The translations under genes were made by a program, and so were the position numbers. Below are positions 1-11,909 of a DNA stretch of 64,000 nucleotides, piece by piece. The notes beneath the pieces were generated by a model that worked only from the letters and a program-made list of their open reading frames with translations, had not been told where the DNA came from and did not search any database. The first letter of the stretch is position 1; the number at the start of each line of letters is the position of its first letter. Origin of the DNA: Daphnia carinata (lineage: Eukaryota); assembly GCF_022539665.2 (NCBI RefSeq), contig NC_081333.1, positions 7,750,001 to 7,814,000 on the forward strand. The letters are read 5' to 3'.

Positions 1-3000
1 AAATGTAACTTCATTTAGCCCGCACAACCCACCACCCCTCTTTGTATATATAAAAAAAAAACGTGCAGACGCATAATCCTCAATGGCTTCTACTTTTTTT
101 TTCATGTGATTTCTTGGTAATATTTTTGGTGTTTTTTCTACCACACGAGAGCCCTCAACGCATTTTGTATTGTTACCCCCCTCTATGGTGCACGGCCTAC
201 TGATATCGTGTGCGAACAAGAGGGCGGATGCAGACGATGGAAATCACATGACGCAATACCCACCCGAAGAGAAACGGACATTTGCAAATACGACAATCTA
301 CTCGTCACGGGCAATTTTTCGTATGAGGTTAATAACTTTTAAACGTGATGGTATAAGCTCTTTTCTTTCCTCGGGGTCTTGTTCCATATAGCTTTCATGA
401 AATTAACTAATGGACAATTCAATTCTTTTCTCATCCGAAAAGCTGCTTGGCTTAACAGACAGAGGGGAGAGACTTAATGCGATCAGAATAAAAAAACTAG
501 CTCTCCCTCTGTAGTCCCGACACATCCAAAACGAGAGGATTTAAAGGTCAAGCGATGTCGATCGATAACTTTTTTTTTTAAACATAAGATGTACGTACAC
601 GATGTGTGTACTTTGTACGTCCCTTTACGAGTCGATAGGTACGCTGATAAACATTCTTTATTTTTAGCTATTGGTTTCTTGTATTTTCTAACCGACGCTC
701 GGGACGATACCCTTTTTCTTGATATTTGTACCGACCGACTACTTCTGGCTTCCCAATTTATGTTGATGGGAAAAATTCAAACTGACACTCTACTTTTGGG
801 TGGAGGGTGCCATAAAATAGATTTCAAAAAAAAAAAAAAAAAAAAAAAAAACTGGCTTGTTGTTCTGTGTTTTCAGGACTTGGCAACGTACGAGCATTTC
901 TTCCCAAACGAACGAAAACTCGTTCGGTACGATTTCATTTCCCCAATGGACAACAACAATCTCATCCAATGGCCGTTATTTACGATCATTAGAGATTCCA
1001 CTATTTTCTTTCTTAGTTGGATTCTTTTCTCTTCGGCGCGTCACATCACGCCTTGTCGGCACGTGCGTGTCGGGTCAATTTTCAAAACAAAACAAAAAGT
1101 TTCAAATAAAAAAAAATCGAAAAGAAAAAAAAAAGAAATCAAAAAAGGTCAGACCTTATCTGATTTCAGGTGTGGTTATAGTCAGTCATTTCTTACTACT
1201 ATTGTTATTTGAAAATTATGATTGCGGTTGGTGCCGAGTAGCCGATCACGCTCTGTTGCCTCACAATCATCAATTTCTCTTTCAAATACTAAAGAAAAGA
1301 AAAAATTCTTACAACACACACAAATAAAATTTCATTTCGATAGGCCTAATAATAGAGGTCGATCAAGCGTGTGATGAAGGCAAAAAAAAAATGATTAGAT
1401 AGCGATAGACAGACGAAGAAAAAAGAAATAATGTGGCCTGACTTGTTGATGATCGTAACGAGGTGGATGGAGTTACCCGCCCAATTTGTATTTTCTTCTT
1501 CTTCTTCTTATGTAACCCACAAAAAATCTCCACCTCGTCGTTCTTCCCCCCCCCCCCTTTTTCATAACGCCATATAACGCTAATGGCTCTCGGGCCGCAC
1601 GTGTCAACCCCGGGATCACGAATCCTCCGCGCGCGCGCCCGGCCCCGCAAGGATGGCCATCAGCGACGGAACTTTTTTATTTTTTTGTGGGGGGTTGTTG
1701 TTATTGAAAAGAAAAAAGGGATTTATGTGAACAAAAAAAAACAGGGAACATACGAACAGTTATGGTCGACGTATTGTTATCTAGGCCTATGTGCATTGTA
1801 AACTATCTGAATTGAACGACAATTTAAGATTTCATGGAGACAAAAAGGATGGCTACCTAACTCAAAAGAAATGCCTTAGCTATGGGAGTATTTATAAGAG
1901 ATAAGCTACGATGTTTTTTTTTTTTTTTTTTTTATTTTCATCCGATTGTGTCGCTCCCTCCCGCGTCGGAAAAGAAAAATTGGTCGGGAGAGCTTCCTGT
2001 CTCCCACACTCTCCCGATAGTTTGGACACCCTGCTGAGTTCTATATACTTTTCTTCCAAAAATCATTTAAATTTAAAAAAAAAAAAAAAAAGGCAAAAGA
2101 GAGAGAGAGAGACTTGGGAATTTTGTGTTGGAACTTTTGGCGTCGTGAGGAACGATTCGCTACACCTGTGACATCATCCTTTAGAAAATTATCTTTCCCT
2201 TTCCACGGTTGAAAATAAAAGTCGAATCCTATTTGAATCCCCCTTCAAAAAAAATCAACAATGTGATACCTATAAAGCGGATAACTTGCTCTATAATGAG
2301 TCTTCCTATCGCGTGCAATAAAAAAAAATATTTCCAAAGAAAAATAAAAAAAATGAAACATTTTTAAAGGGGTAACAGAACTATCGAGAAGCAGCCACAC
2401 AAAAAGAGAACTCAAATTCAGAAATGGTCAACGAAATAATAATTTTTTTTTTTCGTCCATCTGCTTCGTCTTCCTCGAGAAAGAAACACGTAACATTCAG
2501 CATAATCAAAAGAGACGGTTGGTCTTTAAAAAAAAAAAAATGTTTTTTTTTTTTTTTTAGCCATATTAGGTGCATCAATTAAAAACCTCGATTCGGATGA
2601 TATGCTGGAATTTTTGTTCGGGTGTTCTCTCTTGTAGCGAACCCCCGGTCTTCATTTGAATTTTATGACATCTTCAGAGAGCACCGATAGTAAAAAAAAG
2701 AAAAACGAAGGGGATAGAAAGACGAAAATGCGATTAAACAAGGTAGTAGTAGAAGTAGTAGTCGTACCGGCTAAAAGGAAAGAAAAAAAAAGTTTTTTTT
2801 TCTACTTCTTTCCTTTTTTTTTCCACATCGTTAAATAGGCTAACACACAAACTTATATTTTTTTTTTTTGTATTTTTATTTGTACTTTTCTGGTTAGATT
2901 TTTTTTTTCTCTCCCGCACTCCTTGATGGTTTCCTTTTAACGACGTTCTGATATGATTACGGCCATGTGAGAAACACCAGAAAAAAACGGAGCTAATCAA

Positions 3001-4651
3001 CCAACGGCTTTCTGGGTACCTTTCGCTTCTTCCCCCGCACCAATTTGACCTTTCGCCCATAACCAAACAAGAAAAGAAAAAAGTACAAACTTCGTTGATC
3101 CTATAGAGAGGCCTGTTTACAATTTTTTTTTTCTTTCTTTCCCGCATAGGAAACAACTTTTCGAAAAGGTGGTAAACAAAATAATTGTTTTTAAAAGCGA
3201 AAAAAAAAAAGAGGAACCAAACCATAATCGCGTCAATTACACGACGACTCAAAGGGAAAGAAAGAAAGAAAAAAGTTCTGTTTGTGTATATTATCTTCCA
3301 TGTGGAGCGCTAGGTTCGAGGGTGGTAAACACAACGATTCATAGGGAAATCTACGCTATACTTTTATGTATAGTGCGCAGATACGTATAATAATCATAAG
3401 CAAACGCACACAAGTCGGAAAAGAAATAAACAAGGCGACTGTCTGCAAAGCAAAAATTGTAATCACACCTTTCCTTCGAAAAAAAAAATGGGCGGCAAAA
3501 AGTTTTAGGCCAAGGTAACAGCCTTTGTAAGAGACATTGTGTATCTTAAACAGACACTTTATTTTTTAAAGAGAAAAACAACATGAGAAAACTGCTCTAG
3601 TGACACTAACCATGAATAGAAATGATCTTCTTTCAAGTTAGAAAAAAAAAAAAATAAATAACCCGACGCGAGACGCATATCTCGTACGAAATGAGCTGTC
3701 TGGTCATCAGAAACGAAAAAAAAAACCTAACGCTCAGCTGTGTTACCGCCTTGATGGATGAGGATGTAATTGTTATCCACGCAGCAGCAGCAACGATCTT
3801 TTGAATATGAAATACGAAAATGAGGACGAAAACGAGCTCTACGTCTAAACAGCAATGAACTACAATGCAGCCGTTGTGTGTCTATGACATTCAACTCATC
3901 TTCTTCTCGCCAAAATGTCTGCCGGCTGTATTTCAACTAGAATGCTCTCGTCTTTTCAAAACACGTATCCCACACACGCATGAACGGTCATTACCATCAA
4001 TACCGTCAGTCCATTCGGCTACTGACCCTTTTTTTCTGCCCTTTTTCTAGAAAATAAAAGAATATCAGCATCCAAATGGAAGGACCTCCTCCCTCCCCCC
4101 CCCCCCCATTCATCTACATATTTCCAACTATTGCAACTTTTTGTTTCAAGTTCCTGGTATTTTTTCTTTCTCTTTGGCTTTGAAATTCTAATTTCGGCCC
4201 TTTCACTTAGATACCCCCTTTTTTCTCTATTTGTTCGTTTGAGTTTTGGTGTGTCGGCGGCCGTTTGAGTTTAACCGTGGCCAGAACAATCACACTTTGA
4301 CTGCGGAGGATGAGTACGCATAGATAACCGGAAAAATGAAAAGAAAAGAAAAAAAAAGTTCTAACTGAAAGTCTCGTGTTTGGCGTGTTGCTGTCGATTC
4401 CCATGTCGCAACAGCTAGGCGCCCAAACTAAATCCAACAAGGGAAAAGAATTCCAAAACGAACTTGATTCATTGAATAGATGAAGATGGGGAGAAGAAAC
4501 GGGAAAAAAAAGCAGAACGACAAGTTTTCTTTTGCTTGGCTTCGTGGAAACGATAAAATGCATCACTTGTCTGACATCTAGCGGCAATTATAGTAATTTT
4601 TGTCTTTCTTCCATTTTGAGAAATGGGCAAAAAGAGAAAGGGAAAGAAAAA

Positions 4652-4710
4652 AAAAAGGCGCCAAGTCGATGGGGGGCGATGAAAAAGGCGCCAAATCGAT
4701 CGGAATGATG
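4652..4710. repeat. Imperfect tandem duplication, about 30 bp x 2
   Basis: aaaaaggcgccaagtcgatggggggcgatg (4652-4681) is followed by aaaaaggcgccaaatcgatcggaatgatg (4682-4710). Confidence 0.7.
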
Positions 4711-5155
4711 ACAAAAAAAACTGTCTAATAACGGCTGAAACTGGGCTGGTGACAACCATGGCAGTTGCCCAAAATAGGATTTCAAGTTAATAATCATGAA
4801 TATAAAACAAGCAAGCAAAGCGAGTAACGGACAATAAAGAATGATGGAGCACCAACCACGAAAGGTTGGATGTAAAAAGAAAAAAAGCGCTGCGATAAAG
4901 TTGCTAGTAGAGATTTTAGGATTTTTTTTTTGTTTAAATTATGGGTCGCTTGTACAGCTAAAGGTTGATAAGTCGAAGCAAATGCCATCTCATGGTGAAA
5001 AAAACAAACAAATTTCGAGCGCCAAATTGAAGCAAAATGGCTTCCGATATTAAATTTCTACAGTTGACTTAGGATAACCATAAAACGGCCGTCGTGAACC
5101 AGAGTACTTTTTGGGAAAAATTCTAAACTAAATAAAGAAATAAAAACTGACTTAC

Positions 5156-5548
5156 CGTGATCAGGTGGATTCCCTCCTCGAGAGTAGCAATTAAAAACCT
5201 GCTAAACAGCAGGTTTTACCGACACCACTTTCACAGATTTTGTTAGTTTTGCACGATTCTCAAATTGAGTTTCCACAATAAAATATTCTCCTTAACGACA
5301 GCAAAATCAGTGAGTTATCTTCAGCATGAATGTAACTAAAATCTATGGGAGTGTCACAGATGGATCAAGAGCACTTTTTTACACCTTTTCAGAAGTTTGA
5401 AACCAAGGAATACCGCTGTTAACGCCGGTAGTTTAATCAATTACACGAATGTAGAATCGTAAGAAACTATTGTACCACAAGCACGTCTCGATTAACGAGC
5501 CAAACAAATCCCAGAAATGACCTTTTCTGAGCCATTCAAGGTGACTGA
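5156..5548 (-). other. Probable non-coding first exon of a minus-strand gene that continues past the left edge of the window
   Basis: Minus-strand Inr-like TCAGTC at 5543-5548 and a consensus donor CG|GTAAGT (intron starts at 5155). Upstream are an E-box CACGTG (5593-5598) and a TGGCAAC motif (5607-5615). Sequence left of the donor (1-5150) is intron-like and homopolymer-rich. No convincing ORF in the exon, and the product is unknown. Confidence 0.5.
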
Positions 5549-6413
5549 CTAGGTGACTAACGCCCGCTGTACGGAGGAAGAAACTGCAACTTCACGTGGT
5601 GGAGCGACGTTGCCAAAAAATATTTCAAATGAAATTGTAAAAAATGTTACGGTTCAAATACTGATTTTTCAAATTAATTCACCATCAGCATAAAAATCTA
5701 ACACCCAGATCAAAAGAAAGTCCTGCATTATAAATGAGTTGGTACAACCAGTTTGACTAGAATGAGGTAACTGTAAGATGATTTTTAATTACTAAGATAC
5801 ACTTACCTCCATCTACATCCGGTCTCTGTGTGGTGGAAAAATTTTTGGCGAGTTTTACTTTTATAAAGGGGTGTTTCCTACCCCATCCTTCTCCACAGCT
5901 AAAAAGAGGGATGATGTTGTTGAGGTAACATTAACTGCGAACAAAATGGCTGCGGTAATAAAAATTTCCCGCCATTCGGAGAGTTGGATGTTCACGGAAA
6001 GTGTACCATGAAACTGCATTCGGCTGCGCTGATTACTTTGAATTCTTGGTTAAGCAAATGACAAGTTTAAGGTCTTTCAATGAAGGGGTTATTTTTTTTT
6101 TTTTTTTTTCGAAATTTGACACTTTTTCAGGTGACTGAACGTTGTATTAAAAGATACCCTTTACTTGTTTTAACGGGAGACAAAACGTAATGCTATATCG
6201 TAAATAAATGACTCTGGCATAGTTAAACATCAATTTTAGAAGTTAAATATCTATGCTTGCCGCTTTAAACCATTAAAATATAGATATCTATATCTCTTAA
6301 ATATAGCACTGTTCGCTTAACGAGAAACAATAAAAAACTGAACTTTTAAACGTTGTCAACGGGAGGTAAAAAGACATAGTATCGTACCATACTACGAGCA
6401 TAGCTAAAAATTT

Positions 6414-9400
6414 CTAGTGATTATGCATGTTTATGTGTATGTCTTCATACGGCAGCATACCGGTCAGTTTTTGATGCAAGTCGATTCGGCTTTCTTTTTT
6501 TAACACTGCAATCGTCCAAAATTTTAAAAATATGTTAGGGATACTGAAAAAAAAAAGAAAAAATTATGACATCTGCATTACCCAACAGACGGCTGAAGAT
6601 CTTGGCTGCCTCTATTCTGCTATAACTCGAGGGTGGAACAAGTTCCCGAAATGTAACGGTGTCCGAAATTTTATCAGTCTAACAAATCCTTTATATAAAT
6701 TTCCTATTTTTTTTCAAGAAATTGAATGAAAACGTAATTACCAACGCATCGATCATGTTTAACAAATCACTATCTTCAGGAACTTCTGCTTGGGAAAAAG
6801 AAATTTCACGGTGATGTATGGTCATAGGAACGCTAGGAGATCCGCGAAATACTGCTTGTCCATTAGACGCTAGCAAATCTATTGAATGTGCATAAAAATA
6901 ACGAAGTTTAACTTATTCAGATTCATCTGTTCACCCAATGAACATGCAAGCAAACCTTGTTTATCAACCGAAGTTTGAGGAATGTCTTCAAGAATAGGGG
7001 ATGCTCCATCGGACGGGACAGAAGAATTGGTTTCTTTCTCAGCGATAGCACTAAGTGGTGCTGAAGGATGCGGGGCAAGTGTTTGATCAGTCACGGTGGC
7101 ATTCGTACTGTCAACCAGAGTTTTTTCGTTTGAAGTAATAGGACGATTACTGTAAATTGGTTTCTTTAAACTACGTTCGAACGATAAAATATATCTGAAT
7201 GCCTCACCAATCTTCGTTAGCCGAGCTTTTAGTTCCGCGGCTGTTTTCAACGGAGGCCTCTACAAGAGTATCCATACAGGGATTTTTGCCTCTTTGCCGC
7301 TCCGCGGGAGATGTGCGCGATATTTCAAGACCTGAATTGTCTCTGTTTGCAAATTTTGTATGTTTTTCAACAATTACTGTAGCTATTAATTTTGTATATG
7401 ATGTGTACAAGTCATCTTTCACCTGTTAGTTAGGCTGCTTGTATTCAAAGAAAGGATCAAAGAAGCTTCATTGGATTGTCCGGCGCGAGCTCTTTCGACC
7501 TCCTCGAAGTTACCATCCATAACTGGAATGTTTTCGACCGTATTATTGACATTTTCTACACGTGGCGCCACTGGAATTTCATCATGCTTCTCGGTTGCTG
7601 GTGTCGTTAGGGGAACAGAGATGTTACTAGTAGAGCCGACACCCGATACATTGGCAATTCTCGATTCACGCTGCGTGCTGTTTTCCATACGAAGTGTCTA
7701 CGCAATAACAAGAAAAACAATTACTTCTGTTTGTACATGAAGTAAGAAATGGAAAATTGCGCAAATTACACTATATACCAACCTTCGAAAATGGAACATC
7801 GAAGTGCGAATCGTCAAGTTGTCGCGTAATCATGTTTCTTGTTAAAAGATACGATAAAGGGCTTTGCATGTTTAAGACTGATGGGCGTTGCATTAAGTGA
7901 TTAACGGTGGATTCAGCATATTGCGGGATTATTAAATCGTTCCTTGCATCCTGCAGGAAAAAGGTGGTTTTAGTCAATAAAGTATCCTGCGGTGTAATCA
8001 CAAGGTGTTACAGCACGGGCTGAGCTTTTCTATGCTTCTAAATTTACAGACTAACTTACTGTAACCCTTAGGCTGTTTTCATAATTATTTAACTGCGAGC
8101 GGAAAATCTCCGCTGGAATGTTCGTTTCGGCATCAACCATCAAACGACGTCGTCTACGGCGCTGTGCTCTTATAGGCGAATCTTGAAGTGGTTCCAAAAT
8201 AAAATCCATCTAACGAAGGTTAAGACAGATATTTTACACGTGAAAATTAATATAAAATATGATACGTACTGTCTCGTTTACAGCAGAGGCAAGAGCAGAA
8301 ACAGGCTCCCTACGATCGGAACACATAAACATTCAAGATAATTGTGTTAACCTAATAGATTTGCGCTAGAGAAAATATTAGTTTTATACCCGGGTTGATC
8401 AATACGACTCTGTTTGCTCGGAACATCTTCCTCAACTGAACAACCATTGTGTACGCGCTTCGAATTGCTTCTTTGCAAATTTGGTCGCCCTATGCAGTGA
8501 TCAGATTAAGTAGAAAGGAAAATGTTTCATGTCCAACAAACATCGTGAAATAGGCAGGCAACTTCATACCTGCTCCAAACGGATGGTCAGTTTCCATTGA
8601 TTCTAGTACTGATGGCAATTCTTTAGTTCCCCATTCTGTGATATTTTCAGTACCTTCTTGGACAACACCAAAACTTTCATCAATCAGCTTATGAGGAATT
8701 TTAAAATGAAGACGATGCAAAATCATAAAGATGAAAAAAGTTATTTATCACCGAAGCAATTTTAATAAAGTTCTGAATTTTTTAAATACCTCTGGCAACA
8801 TTCTCACAGCAGATTCTTCCTCTCTCATTGTGATTTCCTCTGGTGCAACAAAATTCCCATTAGGATTTTGAGAAGTTAGGTTGAAGTACTCTGCAAAATC
8901 TTTTTCAATTTCATCAACAGAGGTTGTTTGATTTAGTAGAAGTGGAGCTTCAGATAGTCCTAGAGGCAAAAATACAGCAGAATTATTATGATACTTCTTT
9001 TCCTCAGCCTTTACAAAATTGAAAATTACTATTTGCTGATTATTACCTTGTGGCGGGCTATTTTGGAGAGCAGATATCCTAAGGGCATCAACAACATCAA
9101 CTAATTGCCCATACTCCCGTTGTTCCAAAGTTAATTTGTCACTTAACAAATTTTCTTCTGCTCCAACAACTACATCAGTCAGGTCTAGGCTACGTATTGG
9201 CAATAACATATTTTGGATTAATAACTAAGTTTTATACAAATTTTTTGTCTGCCAACTTACGCACTGCAGCTAATATTAGTCTCTTTTAAATTCTTAGCAA
9301 TGTTGTGCTGCTGGAAAGTCAGTTGGAAATGAGCTAACACAGACAATTTGAAGCAAAAATGGAAACATAAATTCGTGAGTGAGGCTTCAAGCAAGTATGA

Positions 9401-9761
9401 CTTACCAATGGTATGGGTCACTTGGCGATGATGAACTAAGACGGCGCCATGCGTAAGCATGGCAGAGAGATAGAGAGAAAATCGCGGGTTCGAACGTTGC
9501 GATAACCTTCCTTGATTTTCAAGTTTCACATGCCGTAATATATCTTGGCTACAGAATACGAAATCCCAAGTTAGCAATTAAGTAGGATAGGTCAGCTGAA
9601 AATTGTTAATTTTACCATATACGGTCGACTTGAACTTCGAGCACGAGGCGTAAATCTTTCTTAGAGCCGGCTCCTTTAACTCTTAGTTTTTGATTCGCTA
9701 CTAGCCATATAACACCAAATTTCCCACCACGGCGGCTGAGAATATCTAGATTATAGAACAT
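6414..9761 (-). CDS. REC8: Meiotic recombination protein Rec8 (Rad21/Rec8 kleisin, cohesin subunit), 16 exons, about 726 aa
   Basis: Exons (minus): 9761-9616, 9548-9406, 9333-9261, 9189-9047, 8959-8790, 8687-8570, 8489-8390, 8309-8270, 8209-8060, 7950-7783, 7697-7423, 7342-7208, 7149-6956, 6878-6742, 6678-6582, 6505-6414. All introns are GT-AG, phases are consistent, total 2181 nt. The N-terminal kleisin domain MFYNLDILSRRGGKFGVIWLVA...PRFSLYLSAMLTHG carries the Rec8-type RFSLYLSA signature rather than Rad21's ALRTSGHL. A central SA/STAG-binding-like segment RRRRRLMVDAETNIPAEIFRSQL and a C-terminal winged helix VTFRELVPPSSYSRIEAAKIFSRLLVLKK...LHQ...PYEDIHI are present. Exon boundaries in the divergent middle are less certain. 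Confidence 0.9.
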
Positions 9762-10681
9762 TTTAGTATTTCGTGGGTGGTTAATCCAAAGCAATTCTAG
9801 CAGTGAACTGCAAACTACAGTTCGAGAAAGGTCACCCTGACCAACTTTCAACAACTACAACCGATCAAGATTGACCACGAAACGGAAATGAAGACAGCAC
9901 TGCCAAACCAGTGTTGTAAGCTTTATTTTATTTTTATTTTTTTAAATAATAAGTTACTGAGAACGCCGAGAAGTAACAATTAGATCAGAAAAACGAATTC
10001 TAATCTTCAACGGAAAGTTCCAACTCATTGGGCAGAGATTAATTTAAATTCAATCTTAACCATTTTTTTGCATGGAAATGTTCTTTTATAAGGTTTTAAC
10101 TTTTAAGAGAACGTGAAATCGAATTGGATAGTTTGAAACTCAAGATGTGAAAAAGTATCCGATAATAATTTTTTGTGTACAAATTATTTGGATTTGAATC
10201 ATTGTTCATCATTTACCTCTATAAATTGTATCTGCTTGCTATATTTCTAACGTTAAATTTGGAGACCTTATGCAATTATTTTAACGACGTTAATGATTAA
10301 GATCAAAGTTTGAATCTAAATTTCAAATTTGACTGAACTTCATTTTTCGTTACCGTTACATCATAAGACCGAAGTTGCAAGCTTAAAACAAAGTCATCTA
10401 TTAGAAAAATATCTATTCAAAAGCTTACCTGTATGAATCAATTTTTTTTGTTACGCAGAAAAACTATTATTTTCTATTTTTATCAAACTGTGTTTAATGA
10501 TTAATGAATTAAATAGTATATTTGTTGCTTAGGCAATGCTGCCCATTGCCTAATTGTAAGCTGTCAATTCCGTTGCTCATTGGTGATTCACTGTAGTCGT
10601 TTTTTTATTCTAGTTTTGCAATTCCGATAAACAACAGTGAAGTTCGCCAGTAATTTTTTAGGAACGTTTGATTCAGTGAAA
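9762..10681. promoter_or_regulatory. Head-to-head (bidirectional) promoter region shared by Rec8 and CHMP4
   Basis: 920 bp separate the divergent ATGs (9761 and 10682). The AT-rich core is flanked by TGGCAR-like motifs at 9896-9905 and 10529-10553. Confidence 0.6.
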
Positions 10682-11617
10682 ATGAGTTTCCTCCAAAAAA
10701 TGTTTGGAAGTGGGGGCAAGGATAAGGGCATGCCCACCACAGGTCAAGCCATACAAAAATTAAGAGAAACTGAAGAAATGTTGATTAAAAAGCAAGAATT
10801 TCTGGAAAAGAAAATTGAGCAAGAGTTGGATATTGCCAAGAAGAATGGAACAAAGAACAAACGAGGTATAAAATCAAACTGATGTATATTTTCTTTAGAA
10901 TAAAATATTCCATTTTCCATTTTTACAGTTGCCATTCAGGCACTAAAACGGAAGAAGAGGTATGAAAAGCAACTCCAGCAGATCGATGGCACCATTTCAA
11001 CTATTGAAATGCAGAGAGAAGCTTTGGAAGGAGCAAACACCAATACAGCGGTTCTTCAGACCATGGGCGATGCTGCTAAAGCACTCAAAGCAGCTCATCA
11101 GCACATGTATTTCTACACAATCTACCGCATTCACACAAAGATAATTATTCATTCCAAATTACAGGGATGTAGACAAGGTACACGACATGATGGATGACAT
11201 TGCTGAGCAACAGGAAGTTGCAAGAGAAATCTCAGAAGCCATTTCTAATCCAGTGGCCTTTGGTCAATATATTGATGAAGTAAGTTTCCTTTTTATCTTT
11301 AGATTTGTCTATACATTGACCTACTTTTATTTGCCATTTAGGATGAATTGGAGAGAGAATTGGAAGAATTGGAACAGGAAGAGCTGGATAATGAATTGCT
11401 GAATGTCCCAGCAGCTGCAGCTCTGCCATCTGTGCCTACTGGTGAGCCAATTGCAAAAGTTCCGAGCCGAGCAGTACCCGCCCGTCCATCGCGTAAGTTA
11501 AATAATTAATGAAATCGTGCTCTAAAAAGCATTCAAGTTATCCATCATAAAATACTAGGAGCCAAAGCAGAAGAAGATGATGACGATATGAAGGAACTAG
11601 CTGCGTGGGCATCATAA
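10682..11617 (+). CDS. CHMP4: Charged multivesicular body protein 4 (Snf7/Shrub, ESCRT-III), 5 exons, about 228 aa
   Basis: Exons 10682-10865, 10929-11106, 11165-11279, 11342-11492, 11559-11617 (687 nt, GT-AG, in frame). Protein: MSFLQKMFG...AIQKLRETEEMLIKKQEFLEKKIEQEL...KNKRVAIQALKRKKRYEKQLQQIDGTISTIEMQREALEGANTNTAVL...MDVDKVHDMMDDIAEQQEVAREISEAISNPV...DEDELERELEELEQEELD...DDDMKELAAWAS. It ends in the MxxLxxW ALIX/Bro1-binding helix typical of CHMP4. Confidence 0.97.
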
Positions 11618-11909
11618 AGTGGCTCAAGCAATCTGATACTTACAATCTTCAATTTTAAAGGCGCCCTAGTTGTGATGCCCTTCATGCTTTTCCTTTTCTC
11701 CACTTATACAATATAATTGTGACAATAACTGGCCTACCGGGAGTGTAAATAAAACAAAAACACCAATGCAGAATAGCTTTAATGAAGTATTGGCGAAATG
11801 ATAATTGTGTAGACAAAATAAAATAAAATCAACAGTGCCTTCGAACTGGCACATAATTGTTCGGTGCGCCGTGATGAATCAAAAGTTAGCTATTCAGTTA
11901 CTCTCCTTG

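Noticed and set aside
3746..3940. Possible additional minus-strand first exon ending GCG|GTAACA
   Set aside because: The donor is moderate and there is no clear Inr or coding signal, so it is indistinguishable from chance.
170..5053. ORF-track entries such as 589..1212 (207 aa) and 2734..3252 (172 aa)
   Set aside because: They are dominated by poly-Lys/poly-Phe from A/T homopolymers, with no recognisable domain or consistent splice structure.
6414..9761. Calling the kleisin Rad21, or a pseudogene because its ORF-track pieces are short and in different frames
   Set aside because: The N-terminal signature is Rec8-type (RFSLYLSA), and all fragments join in frame via canonical GT-AG introns.
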